A stretch of DNA of 63,889 nt, filler included, from Candidatus Woesearchaeota archaeon (GCA_003650545.1; 6 parts of 4 records of this genome joined end to end with filler, not necessarily neighbours in it), one strand, 5' to 3'; shown: positions 51,259 through 62,269, numbered from the whole stretch's first letter. Numbers and translations are program-made. Notes: generated by a model not told the origin, from the letters alone.

Positions 51259-52326
51259 ATGATTCGATTTTTTGAAAATGCTAAAAGGAAAGCAATTCTT
51301 GTAGGCTTTAACTCAATGAAAAAATTAGGTAAAACTCCACCACCTAAAACAGTGATTTGGGAATGTACATTAGAATGTAATATGAAGTGTGCTCATTGTG
51401 GATCTTATTCAGATAAAGCAAAACCTAACGAATTAACAAAAAAAGAGATTTTAGGAATATTAAAAGAACTATCTAATTACGGCATTGAACGATTTGTATT
51501 GACAGGTGGAGAACCGCTGTTAAGAAAGGATATTTTTGAGATACTACAAAAAGCTAAAGAATTGGGAATAAAAACAGGATTTTCCACTAATGCTTATTTC
51601 ATTTCAGAAGAGAATGTTGGAAAAATAGTTAAGGTTGCTGATTCTATTCAGGTAAGTGTAGATAGCAAAAAAGAAACTCATGATTCATTCAGAAAAACAA
51701 AAGGAGCATTTGACAGGGCCATTAATGCCATAAAATTATTAAAAAAGAATGGTTGTAAGCAAGTTTGTATGACTTCTACAATAGGCCCATTTAATCTGAA
51801 TGAGTTGGAAGAGTTATACAGTTTAGCTAAAGAAAATGCTGACTTATGGAGGGTTGGAACAGTAATGCCAATAGGAAGATCGTCAAAAAACGATTTACTG
51901 TTTTTAACAGGCAAGCAATTAAAGCAGTTATTAGATTTTGTTGTTGAAAAAATGAGGGGAAAATTTCCTATCCTGTTGGGAGAAAATTTGGGCTACCTTG
52001 GGAGTTATGATAAAAAAATCCATAAAAATGACTTCTTTTTTTGTGGAATAGGAATATTATCCTGTTGTATTGGTTCTGATGGTAAAATAAGGGGTTGTCC
52101 AGAATTACCTCCAAATGAAGAGTTTATTGTTGGCGATTTAAGAAAAAAACCATTTAAAGAAATCTGGGAAAATAGTTTTGAGAACTACAGAGATGAAAAC
52201 TATTCTATGTTGCCAAGAGAATGTCTAGAATGTAAAGATTTAAGCTTATGTCGCGGTGGATGTCAAGTGATGAGATTGAAAGGCCTACACTGCACTCCAA
52301 AGAGATTGGAACAATCTAAAGCATAG
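51259..52326 (+). CDS. Radical SAM/SPASM domain protein
   Basis: CNMKCAHC, TGGEPLL, CGIG...GCP, C..C....LCRGGC. Confidence 0.95.
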   Translation: MIRFFENAKRKAILVGFNSMKKLGKTPPPKTVIWECTLECNMKCAHCGSYSDKAKPNELTKKEILGILKELSNYGIERFVLTGGEPLLRKDIFEILQKAKELGIKTGFSTNAYFISEENVGKIVKVADSIQVSVDSKKETHDSFRKTKGAFDRAINAIKLLKKNGCKQVCMTSTIGPFNLNELEELYSLAKENADLWRVGTVMPIGRSSKNDLLFLTGKQLKQLLDFVVEKMRGKFPILLGENLGYLGSYDKKIHKNDFFFCGIGILSCCIGSDGKIRGCPELPPNEEFIVGDLRKKPFKEIWENSFENYRDENYSMLPRECLECKDLSLCRGGCQVMRLKGLHCTPKRLEQSKA

Positions 52327-52495
52327 CGGGCAGACAAAAAAATTGAATAGCGAGAAAGTTTGAGAGTCTTGCTTATCAATAATTTGCAAAGCAGACAATA
52401 TTTTTTTGGGCCGCCCCACCTCTAGCTGATATTATCATTTAAAAGTAGCGAAAGGACAGAAAAACTTATAAAGATATAATTACTACATTGTAAAT

Positions 52496-54004
52496 ATGGG
52501 GGTTGAAGAATTAATTAAAACAAAATCCGAATTAGAAAAAATAGCTGATTTACTATCTGATGAAGTTCAACAAAATAAAGATGAGAATGTAGTCTCTAGG
52601 TATATTAGAGTTATCTATGATTCTGCTACATTTATTAATGGACAGAAATCAGAATTAGTACATTGCCAATCGAATCTTAATAAAGAAATGATGGATAGAG
52701 GTGTATATACTCAAACTAATGTTGATGATTTGTTTCCTCATAATGTCAAGGAAGTGGCTATTGCAAGAGATTTACAAAATCACAGATTTCATTTCCACCA
52801 GAAAGGAATTCCATTGCCAAGAGAAGAAAAATTGTATATAGAAGAGACCCCAGCCCAAATTACAACATATGATTCTGAGCTAAGAGAATTTACAAAAGAG
52901 CATAAAAATACAAGGCTTACTAGGACATTAGCAGTTGAACAAAATATTATAGTAAACTCTAAAGGAGGAAAAGCTATCCAAACAATTCCATTTTTTGGAA
53001 TATCCTACTCTCACGGTTATAATCCTATCCCAACAATCAGGGATATAATTGTTGTTTGTACATCTAAAAACGAAATTAAAAGATTAACCGATTTGATCAA
53101 ATTTTTAGCAGATCCTACTCCTGATAAGAGAATTAAGAAAGCAAAATCATTTAGTGAAGCATTCCATGAGTTGCATGAACTGTCGCAATTAAAATATGGT
53201 AGTTTAGAAGAAGCAGGAATACCCTTATGTGAATTGTACGATGTCATAATGCTGAATGGTGTCCCTGTCCATGAAATTTTTGGGCATCATTTTGAAGAGC
53301 CAATCAGGTTTTTAGATTTTGGAGATTCTGGAACATTCAAATATAGACAAAACATCCAAAACAAAAATATATTTTTGATGGATAACCCAAAACAGGAAAT
53401 AGGGGAGTTTAGAGTCCAAGGATTTACCTATGTTGATGCTTATGGAAGAATAAGAGAGCCTAGAATTCATATAAAAGACGGAAAGGTTGTTGGGTTTTTA
53501 GGAAGTGACTATGCTGATCCTAAAAAACTTAAACAATATATGAATATAGAAAAGAGTGATTTTGTAGGTAATGCGTCTCAGTACTATGATGGAATGTTTC
53601 CACAACCAAGGATGAGTTGTACTGTTATCGATGGCCCTACACAAAATATAGATTTAGAAGGAAAAATATTGCTTGTTCCTAATGAAGGTTATACACTACA
53701 ACAAGATAAAACATATATGGTGAAAGCATACGAAGCATATGTTGTTAGAGACGGAGAACCCAAAAGAGTAGTTCCACTTCAAGTTACTGGAGGAATAAAT
53801 CAGGCATTGGCTAATATTGTTTTGTTGAAGGATGAATGTTACCAGGCAGGTATGTGTGTAAAGCCAGAACCAATTTATTATCCACAATCAAGAGGTCAGG
53901 CACAAGTACCTGTTTCTCAATTTGTTAAAAGTCAGATATGGGAAAGACAACAGGTTTATCCACTTCCAATATCGGATGTGCATTTAAGAATTCTAATAAA
54001 ATAA
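52496..54004 (+). CDS. TldD-like metalloprotease
   Basis: VHEIFGH..E, G...VDAYG, IKDG, GNA, PRMSCT, GMC.K...VPV. Confidence 0.8.
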   Translation: MGVEELIKTKSELEKIADLLSDEVQQNKDENVVSRYIRVIYDSATFINGQKSELVHCQSNLNKEMMDRGVYTQTNVDDLFPHNVKEVAIARDLQNHRFHFHQKGIPLPREEKLYIEETPAQITTYDSELREFTKEHKNTRLTRTLAVEQNIIVNSKGGKAIQTIPFFGISYSHGYNPIPTIRDIIVVCTSKNEIKRLTDLIKFLADPTPDKRIKKAKSFSEAFHELHELSQLKYGSLEEAGIPLCELYDVIMLNGVPVHEIFGHHFEEPIRFLDFGDSGTFKYRQNIQNKNIFLMDNPKQEIGEFRVQGFTYVDAYGRIREPRIHIKDGKVVGFLGSDYADPKKLKQYMNIEKSDFVGNASQYYDGMFPQPRMSCTVIDGPTQNIDLEGKILLVPNEGYTLQQDKTYMVKAYEAYVVRDGEPKRVVPLQVTGGINQALANIVLLKDECYQAGMCVKPEPIYYPQSRGQAQVPVSQFVKSQIWERQQVYPLPISDVHLRILIK

Positions 54005-54176
54005 TTCATGAACAGAGTCAAGACAATCTCGCATTTACCATGTCCCATAACACCTTCTCAATGGCTTGCTGTTAAGTCTCCCTGATGTGAGGTCGAGAAC
54101 CGAAGTAAAGGCTCATAGAAGTTCGGGACTGTAAAAAAGAAATCTATTTAAAATAGTTGCGTTTTATAGAGACATT

Positions 54177-54875
54177 ATGTATGTTAAAGAATTAGATAAA
54201 TGGTACTCAATTAAAGAATATGATCCTGAAGGAAAAGAGTTAGACAAAATTCTGAAATTAGGAAAAGTAAAAAATAAAGATATTTTGGTTGTTGGGTGCT
54301 TATGGAGTGATGTCTTTTTCTTTTAAACTTTTAAAATATGCAAAATCAGTTACAGCAAAAAAGTAATTGAATACTGTAAAAAGAAAAATAAGAGAATAAG
54401 TTTCAAAGTTGGAAATCTTACAAATTTAAAATTTTCGGAGGGATCATTTGATTGTATTATTTCTCTGTGGAGTGGTTTTCGTTATTTGAAAAATAAAATT
54501 AAGGGAATCAGAGAATTGAAAAGAGTGTTAAAAGATAAAGGAATCTTATTGATAGAAGAAGCAGACGAGACCAGCGAATATGTAAAAATATTGGATATTA
54601 TTGCTCCAAAAAGAAAATCAAGGATTAAAGAAAAAAGAATAGAATTAAAAAAAGTTTTAGAAAAGTATTTTGATGTAAAGGAAAATAAGTTAAAAACATA
54701 TTATTATTTCAAAAGCAAAAATCAGTTTAAAGAATATTTTAGAAAAGAAATTGTTTTTGACGAAAAAAAGAAATTTAAAAAAAAGATGGAAAAGAGATTG
54801 GATGAATATCTTTCTAAAAAGAAAACACTAAGGGTTGAAGAAAAATCTATTTTCTTTGTGTGCAGAAAGAAATAA
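54177..54875 (+). pseudogene. Frameshifted class I SAM methyltransferase
   Basis: Three frame segments: KDILVVG / AYGVMSF...SVTA / FKVGN..NLKFSEGSFD...ELKRVLKDKG. Confidence 0.7.
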
Positions 54876-55020
54876 AGACGAATCCTGAATTGGATTTAAC
54901 ATATGTAGATGTTATATGCCCTAAAATGCTGAAGTTTGCAACAGGGATTTTTGCTAGCAAAAACCTCAGAGTTAAGAACTCTTTCGAAAATATTATAAAT
55001 ATCAAGGAACTTTTGTGTTG

Positions 55021-55468
55021 TGTGGAAGAAAAAAAGAAAAAAGTTGGTGTTGGATTTGGAGTGATGATTCTAAAAGATAATAAAGTGTTACTTGGAAAAC
55101 GCCACGAAGATCCTGAAAAAGCGTCAAGTTTATTAAATGGTGCAGGAACATGGACAATGCCTGGTGGCAAATTACATTTTGGAGAAACATTTGAAGAAGG
55201 TGCCAGAAGAGAAACCATGGAAGAAACAGGGATAAAACTGAGAAATGTTAAGGTAATTTGTGTTAATAATGACATGGTCGAAACAGCACATTTTGTTACA
55301 ATAGGATTATTCTCTGATGATTTTGAAGGAGAACCGCAAGTATTAGAACCTGACGAAATAACCGAGTGGCGTTGGTTTGACTTAAACGAATTACCAAATC
55401 CAATATATTTTCCAAGTGCAAAAGTTCTTGAAAACTACAAAAACAAAAAGTTCTATATACCTCATTAG
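55021..55468 (+). CDS. Nudix hydrolase (start approximate)
   Basis: PGGKLHFGETFEEGARRETMEETG Nudix box. Confidence 0.92.
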
Positions 55469-55569
55469 AGAGAGTTCTTAATCCATTTAACTTAGGATGT
55501 TATGTGGTGAGTCTGCAAGGCAAATGAGAATAAAGCGACAGACAGCATACACTGGAGGTGTCAAGTGAC

Positions 55570-56016
55570 TTAGGGTTTAGAAGGTAATTTTTGATTCCAA
55601 CCCCAAGAACTTGTAGCTTCATTCCTTTTGCAAATTCCAATACAATAATTAACAGAAGAATGGCAGCATGAACTTGCACTCCAGTTAATACCATAGCAAT
55701 CACAGTTGGTTTTGGTTGTTCCCCCAAGATCACCAACATAAAAAGAAGTGACTTTTGGGATTAACAAATAAATCGCAAGGATTATAAAAATAACTAAAAT
55801 TAATTTTTTCTTATTATCTAAATTACTAACAATTAAACAGCTGAAAATATAAGCAATTGCAAGATTGATTATTAAAGAAAAAACTAATGAAGAAATATTC
55901 ACAAAAGGAATTGCGATTATGCTTCTACTTATGATTGGGAAGAACCAAAACAGAATTGCAAAAGGAATGGCTAGTAAAAATTTATTCTTATTTGGAGTAA
56001 GTAATTCTTTTATCAT
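55570..56016 (-). CDS. Membrane protein with a Cys-rich C-terminal domain
   Basis: 3 TM segments; CDCYG...CC....YCIGIC. Confidence 0.65.
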   Translation of the reverse strand: MIKELLTPNKNKFLLAIPFAILFWFFPIISRSIIAIPFVNISSLVFSLIINLAIAYIFSCLIVSNLDNKKKLILVIFIILAIYLLIPKVTSFYVGDLGGTTKTNCDCYGINWSASSCCHSSVNYCIGICKRNEATSSWGWNQKLPSKP

Positions 56017-56217
56017 GATACTAGATGATTATATTAGATAGTATATAAAATTTACTATAACTATATACATACTCCATAAATCAAATTTATATCAAATTTA
56101 TTCACTAAATAAATACAATATCAGGTACATGAATTGTTGATTATTTTTTATTAGTCTGCTCCAAAAGATTATAACCTTATAAGATTAGATTAAATGAAGA
56201 TCGTTTTCTTTATTTTT

Positions 56218-56490
56218 CTAGAATTTATGTGTTTCTATCGGTGCGAAAAAAGGTTTTGCTTTTTCAATTGTTCCAATAAAATAACCAACAATTTCATCTG
56301 TTTCTGCAACAAGAATTTTTATATTTCTTTTTCTTATAATTTCTAATAAATATTTTCTAAAACCTTTTTTGGTTTCAGAACTAGTTTTATAGTATTTGTC
56401 AATTCTTCTGTGATAATCAACTAATTGATTATTCAATTCAACAATTGCATTAATATCATTCAATGTTGCTTTTCTAATTTTGAAGTTCAT
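56218..56490 (-). pseudogene. Truncated GNAT acetyltransferase
   Basis: IRKATLND...ILVAE..EIVGY; the acetyl-CoA-binding half is missing. Confidence 0.65.
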
Positions 56491-56812
56491 AATAAGTTGA
56501 TAATTTTGATTTTTATTAAACCTTCTTTTTGCGCCCCAAAACCATGCCCTTAAAATTTTTTAAAATTTTAAAAATTTACTATCTATATTGAAATTAATAT
56601 TTTTTTTTGCATTTTGATAAAAAAGACTCTTCTAGAAATAAGCTAAATACAAAGAAGAAGACCTGACTGAAGCTAAGAAGTTAAAAAAGGCAAGAACAAA
56701 GGCTAATATGTTTAAAATCTAAAGATTTTAGTCACTCACCAGTAGTTATTCACCGAAAGATTTAAATATTAGAATGGTTGTGTTATGTTATATATAAAAG
56801 GAGGTTTTTAAA

Positions 56813-56931
56813 GTAAACAACTGTGGGCTGAAGCCCACAGCATTTCGCTTGGGTAGCGTGGCTATTCAAGCTTAGGCATAAAAACCTACCAATGATTTTT
56901 GTGCACGCATACGCTGTTGCTTAAGTCGAGC
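56813..56931 (-). mobile_element. IS200/IS605-family (TnpB-type) right end, cut by contig end
   Basis: Minus strand GAAATG-CTGTGGGC-TTCA-GCCCACAG-TTGTTTAC terminal hairpin pattern. Confidence 0.6.
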
Positions 56932-57074
56932 NNNNNNNNNNNNNNNNNNNNNNNNNNNNNNNNNNNNNNNNNNNNTTAATTAATTAANNNNNNNNNNNNN
57001 NNNNNNNNNNNNNNNNNNNNNNNNNNNNNNNTATTAATTACCGACTATTTACAAATTTATTCTTTAACTATTCC

Positions 57075-57851
57075 CTATCCCCTGGATTCTAAATATCCTT
57101 TCATAACCATTTTATTCAGCATCTGCTCAACCCTGCTTTCAGGAATTTCATAAACCTTTGAAAAGTCAGTTATATTTATTTGGCCGGCATGCTCTGAAAT
57201 CCACTCTTGTAATTTAACAGATAATGTTTCATCAGAGATTGATTCATATTTCTCTAATCTAATCTTATAATCCTCAAGTCTTGTTTTTAATTCATAATTC
57301 TCTCTTGATAATAAATCATTTGATTCCCTTAAGCTTGCTTCTTCTTTTTTAATGCGCTCAATTTCATCTTTCAATGAATCATGCTCTGCATACATTCTTT
57401 CATAATCTAGAGTGACATATTCAGACATGTCTTTTATTGCGTTCTGCAGTAATTGATAAATCTCTTTTTCATCAACAGAATAGTTGTCTCCAACAACAGT
57501 TAATATATTTAGAAAATAACTCAATATATCAAGTCTTCTTTTTTTCGGGCTCATGCCTGCGACACAGCTGTATAAAACTTTAATCCTGTCTGTATCAAAA
57601 TATATTATAGAAAAAAGAAGCGGTCTTTTTCTTATGTCCCTGCTCTCAACATTAATTGCCACAAGCCCCTCTGTTCTTTCAGCTATCTCTAAAAAAGTTA
57701 ATTTAGATAAGGAATCAAACAGATCTTTTTTCTTGCCTGAAAATTGCCCTTTCATTTCAAATCCATCAACTATGGATTCTTTTATTCTCTCTTTTTCTTT
57801 GCTCGCAATCCTACTTTTTTTCCTTGATTCCCTTTTTCCTATCCTAACCAT
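57075..57851 (-). CDS. Hypothetical protein with a coiled coil and C-terminal wHTH
   Basis: INITDFSKVYEIPESRVEQMLNKMV..GYL. Confidence 0.7.
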   Translation of the reverse strand: MVRIGKRESRKKSRIASKEKERIKESIVDGFEMKGQFSGKKKDLFDSLSKLTFLEIAERTEGLVAINVESRDIRKRPLLFSIIYFDTDRIKVLYSCVAGMSPKKRRLDILSYFLNILTVVGDNYSVDEKEIYQLLQNAIKDMSEYVTLDYERMYAEHDSLKDEIERIKKEEASLRESNDLLSRENYELKTRLEDYKIRLEKYESISDETLSVKLQEWISEHAGQINITDFSKVYEIPESRVEQMLNKMVMKGYLESRG

Positions 57852-57856
57852 CTACC

Positions 57857-58330
57857 TCACCTTTTTTTCTTTCTGCTACTCTTTTTGGCTTTTCTCTTTG
57901 TTGTTTCTCTTATCTTCTTTCCTACTGCTTTTCCCTTTGCTTTGCCTTTTCCTTCATATTCTTCTAATGTCATTGTTGTTTTTGGTATATATCTAACTAA
58001 TCCTATTAGAGCCAACAAAACTGCTATCAAAATAATAGACATCACTATATTTCTAAATATATTGAAAACATTCCAATCACCAAATAAGATTGGCGGTACT
58101 ATCAGCGCCAATGCAATTATAATGCCTATGATTGTCCAGATTAGAATTGATTTTTCAAAACCTGCTCTTCTCTTATTATATTCTTCCCAGCATTCGGGGC
58201 AAATAACCAATGTTGTACCTTTTGCAATACCAAATGCTCTTTTTACAGCCCTTATTGTTTTAATAACAGGCCCTTCATTAATAGGAATTCCTTCTCTCCG
58301 CTTTTCACAAATTAAACATACTCCTTTCAT
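57857..58330 (-). CDS. Zn-binding two-TM membrane protein
   Basis: CLIC...CPEC, then two TM helices. Confidence 0.7.
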   Translation of the reverse strand: MKGVCLICEKRREGIPINEGPVIKTIRAVKRAFGIAKGTTLVICPECWEEYNKRRAGFEKSILIWTIIGIIIALALIVPPILFGDWNVFNIFRNIVMSIILIAVLLALIGLVRYIPKTTMTLEEYEGKGKAKGKAVGKKIRETTKRKAKKSSRKKKR

Positions 58331-58385
58331 TCAAACACCTCCCAGTTTTCAATTTTAATTTTCAAGTTATAATTCCACAAATAGA

Positions 58386-59960
58386 TTAATCCTCCAAAAT
58401 TACCTGGGTTATGTCCCTTTCACCAATGCCAAGTTTCTTAAAATCTGCTTTTGAAAACACATTGATTATTGTGCTGTCATTTAATCCCAAATCTTTCAAG
58501 AAAGAGGTTATATTCCTTCTTGCAAGTCCGTATCTCTCTAAAAGAATAACAAATGAAATAATATCTAAATGCCTATTCTTTGTTTCAAACAGTTTGCTTA
58601 TTTCTTCGACCTGCAATTCATCAAGGCCATACGCCCTCATCCTCTTTCTTAATTCTTCTTTTTCAAATGAAACAGTTCTTGCCATATACTCATCCCTCAT
58701 TTGTGCTTCTGTGAGCACATTTTTTAAATCTAAGAAAAATTCAGATATTGGTTCTTCTCCAAGAACCTTATCAACCAAGAATGTTTCAGAAAAGCGCACT
58801 GCTTTTGCCGAAACTAAATTAACCGCGCACTGCCCAACACCAAACCTTGCTATTTCATCTCTAACATAATCAGTGAAATTCAATGTATTTTGTAGATAAT
58901 CCAAATATCTTTCAAATTTCACTCTAAACATAAATGTTGAGCCCACATTAGAAAAAATAGACTCGCTTATATCAACAGGGTGCTGGGAAGCAACTATTAA
59001 TCCAAAGTTGTATTATCCTCCTTCTCTTACAATAATAACTGCATCACTGCTTTCGTCTTTAGCAACCTTCCACGCTTCGTCTAAAACAACAAATAACCGC
59101 AGTCCTTTTGTTGGGCTCCAGCCAGCAGCCCTCATTCTTTCTTTTATAAACTGAAGAATAGACAAAGCTGCCAATGCTCTGAAAACCTCATCCGGCAGGC
59201 CTGATAAATCAATATCAACAAGGCCGGAAGTTGTTAATTTTTCTAAATCAACTGTGCTTTGTGTTGCAAAATAATCATCACCAGGTCTGGTAAATTTCTT
59301 AATTCTATAAATTGCGTTTTCCAATTCTGCTGGAAATTCGTATGTTCCGCTTTTTAACTGTTTTTCTAAGATACGCTGGACGTCCTTTAATGTTGGTGGC
59401 TTCAAAGGCCTTCCCAAACTATCTCTTTGTATTTTGTTGTCCATCTTGAAATGTGCTTCCTTATACGCTTTTTCTATTGCCATTTCAGTTAATCTTTTCT
59501 GTTCAGGATAAGATTCAATATCTGTTAAAATAGCTAACGTACGCATAATCTGCTTTACTCTATCGTTTGGCCTCATTCCTCCAAGATCCATTAAGTTGAT
59601 CGAAGCGCCCTTTCCTAATGCAATTACTTTTCCTCCTGTCTGCTTAACCCATTCCTTGTATTCTCCTGCCCAATCAATAATTAATGCATTTGAACCCCAT
59701 ACAAAAGCTGCCCTTGTTAGAAATGTTTTAATAAAATAAGATTTTCCTGCACCTGTAATTCCAACAACCGCTATGTGTGGGTTTGTTAGATTTGCAAAAG
59801 ACCAGCTAAAAGGAATATGAAAACTCTTTGATTTTCCAACAAAAATTGATTTCGCTGGGTCGCCCATTAAGAATTCTGGTGGCGGCTCTGGCGGTCTAAC
59901 AAAAATATTTCTTTTACCTAACGTTACATTAGAAATATCAGTTAATTTTAACCTTCCCAT
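58386..59960 (-). pseudogene. VirB4/HerA-like ATPase interrupted by an in-frame TAA at 59013-59015
   Basis: GITGAGKS, IIDWAGEY, VVLDEAWK; reads REGG*YNFGLIVASQ in frame into the 58386-58946 ORF. Confidence 0.8.
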
Positions 59961-60011
59961 TCAATTACACACCCACTACTATTTATAACTATAAAACTAA
60001 CACTACACAGA

Positions 60012-60821
60012 TTACACCTGCTCTCTTAGCTCCTGAGAGCTTGCAGGCAGCACATATTCCCATTCCAAGCATCTAAGCATTTCATCCCCTGTTAAGGCCT
60101 CTACTTCACAATTCAATGCATTTGAAATGGTTGCTCTTAACTCATTTGCCTGGCTTGTGACTGCGGCTTTAGCAGATTCTTTACTTATTCCTGAAGCTGT
60201 TGTCATAACATAAGCAACAGTAGCCATGGGTTTGAATCCTCTTGCAAGTTTTTCTATCTCTGCCTCCCACATCGCAGCCTCTCTTTCATACCTATCTAAT
60301 TTTAAGATATCGGGCTCTGGTTTTTCCCTCTCTCTAGAAAGCTTCAACTGCGCTTCGGCCTTTTTTGTTTCAATCTTCATTCTGTAATCCCCCATATCCT
60401 TAACATAAACCATCATGCAGAATTTAGTAACAAACTTAACAGAGGAAATAGCCCTTTCAAAATACTGGGAATAAACGACATTTTCTTCTAAAGATTTTTC
60501 TGCAGCAGATTCGTATATTCTTACACCCAAGAATTTTGTTGCATAATACTCATTTCCTATTTTTTTAATTATAACGTCCTGCGAAGGAGGAACCTCATAA
60601 CCAGTGTCTGTTACCATAATAATTTTAGAAAATTTAGTTATTAGAGGGATCAAAAAATAACCATATTTGTAAAATAATAGTGCACATATTGCGCCAGCTC
60701 CTGCAATAACTGCCCCAAAGAATCCAATTATTCCTCCAGACATAACTGCTCCCACTGCTCCAAGAAGCGCAACTCCGATACATGCATATGCAAATTGACT
60801 AGGCCTCATCGTAAATGGCAT
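60012..60821 (-). CDS. Membrane protein, probable VirB4 partner / N-terminal-like domain
   Basis: Two TM helices then a soluble domain; directly upstream of the ATPase. Confidence 0.6.
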   Translation of the reverse strand: MPFTMRPSQFAYACIGVALLGAVGAVMSGGIIGFFGAVIAGAGAICALLFYKYGYFLIPLITKFSKIIMVTDTGYEVPPSQDVIIKKIGNEYYATKFLGVRIYESAAEKSLEENVVYSQYFERAISSVKFVTKFCMMVYVKDMGDYRMKIETKKAEAQLKLSREREKPEPDILKLDRYEREAAMWEAEIEKLARGFKPMATVAYVMTTASGISKESAKAAVTSQANELRATISNALNCEVEALTGDEMLRCLEWEYVLPASSQELREQV

Positions 60822-61012
60822 TTAAATTTCACCTCGTATCCATCCCTCTACGAAATTTGAATAATTAAACACTAATGTGTTTAATGGCATCTCATATCAC
60901 CTGTTTTTAATAAGTATGAGAGGTTTTTAAAGATATTGGCGACAACGCGGCTTAAAACAGAGATAAAATAGTTGCCAAAAGCCTTTTAAAGGAATACACA
61001 CATTAAAAATAC

Positions 61013-61127
61013 GTCAACGGCCATAGGAGAGAGGAAACACCTGTTCCCATCCCGAACACAGAAGTTAAGCTTTCTCACGGTGTTGCTTGTACTGCCTTCT
61101 TGGGCGGAAACGCGCACTGCTGTTGAC
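61013..61127 (+). rRNA. rrf: 5S rRNA
   Basis: GTCAAC/GTTGAC terminal stem; CGGCCATAG, CCCATCCCGAACAC, GAAGTTAAGC. Confidence 0.92.
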
Positions 61128-61224
61128 AATCTTATTTATTCGCTGTTTTAAATCTCTTTTTATCTCTGATTTACTTCTTATTTACTTACGGGGGCGTAAG
61201 TAACTAACGGGGCGTAAGTAAATT

Positions 61225-62238
61225 ATGAAAAGAAAACTAAAAAGCGCATATTTTAAAATATTAATACTTCTAGAATACTCTATGATGAGTTTATTGTTAA
61301 TACTGCTTGCTGGGTTTTTTATTACCCTTGTTGTTGCGCCTAGTGTAATTAAAAAAGAAAAACAGGCAGGCATTGTGGGAAAGGACGTGCATAAGCCAAA
61401 TAAGCCGGAAGTAGCTAATATGGGCGGTTTAAGCGTTGCAATTGGTTTTTGTGCTGCGATTCTTTTGGCAATTGCCTTAAATACATTTTTTGAATTGGAA
61501 TTTAACTTGATTTTTGTGATGGCTGGCTTGATCACAATCTTAATAATTAATTTAATGGGTGTTTTTGATGATTTATTTAAGATAAGACAGTCAGTTAAAG
61601 CGGTTTTGCCTTTATTTGCAGCGATTCCTTTGATAGCAGTAAGTGTAGGAACAACAACAATGGGTATCCCTTTTATTGGGCCTGTTGATTTTGGTATCTT
61701 TTATGTTCTTGCATTAGTTCCATTAGGTGTTGCGGTTGCTTCTAATCTAACAAATATGCTTGCTGGTTTTAATGGCAATGAAGTTGGCATGGGCATTATA
61801 ATTTTCTTAACAGCTTCTTATATTGCGTTCATAAACAATCAAATTGACGCATTAATAATATCCTTAGCAATGCTTGGCTCATTAATTGCTTTCTTAAAAT
61901 TCAACTGGTATCCAGCAAAAGCATTTCCAGGCGATGTTTTGAACTTAATGATTGGTTGCACATTAGCTGTTGTAGTAATAATAGGAAATTTTGAAACTGT
62001 TGGATTTATTCTAATGCTTCCTTATGTAATTGACTGGTTTATAAAAGCAAAAAATGGATTCCCAAAAACATTTGCAATATTCAACAGCAAAGATGGAAAG
62101 CTTTATGTGCCAAAAGGAAAGATAAGGGGCCTAGCAGATCTGATACTTACAAAAACAAACGGCATGACTGAAAGAAACCTAACCATAACTTTAATAGGAA
62201 TAGAAATAATTTTCGCAGTAATTGCAGTTGCGATATAA
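61225..62238 (+). CDS. MraY/GPT-family GlcNAc-1-phosphate transferase (AglH-like)
   Basis: GKDVHK, MGG, DD, NMLAGFNG, FNWYPAKAFPGD; start may be 61282. Confidence 0.9.
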   Translation: MKRKLKSAYFKILILLEYSMMSLLLILLAGFFITLVVAPSVIKKEKQAGIVGKDVHKPNKPEVANMGGLSVAIGFCAAILLAIALNTFFELEFNLIFVMAGLITILIINLMGVFDDLFKIRQSVKAVLPLFAAIPLIAVSVGTTTMGIPFIGPVDFGIFYVLALVPLGVAVASNLTNMLAGFNGNEVGMGIIIFLTASYIAFINNQIDALIISLAMLGSLIAFLKFNWYPAKAFPGDVLNLMIGCTLAVVVIIGNFETVGFILMLPYVIDWFIKAKNGFPKTFAIFNSKDGKLYVPKGKIRGLADLILTKTNGMTERNLTITLIGIEIIFAVIAVAI

Positions 62239-62269
62239 CTGCCAGATTAAAAGATAATAAGGTAATCTC

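Noticed and set aside
54074..54131. Hammerhead ribozyme (CTGATGTGA-GGT..ACC-GAAG)
   Set aside because: Core has extra nucleotides, GAAG instead of GAAA, and no convincing stem III
57553..58869. Long + strand ORFs (57553-57996, 57885-58358, 58411-58869) and similar antisense ORFs elsewhere
   Set aside because: Antisense shadows of better-supported genes
59013..59015. Genetic-code reassignment or Sec/Pyl read-through
   Set aside because: The codon is TAA, which terminates many genes in the window, and it is an isolated case
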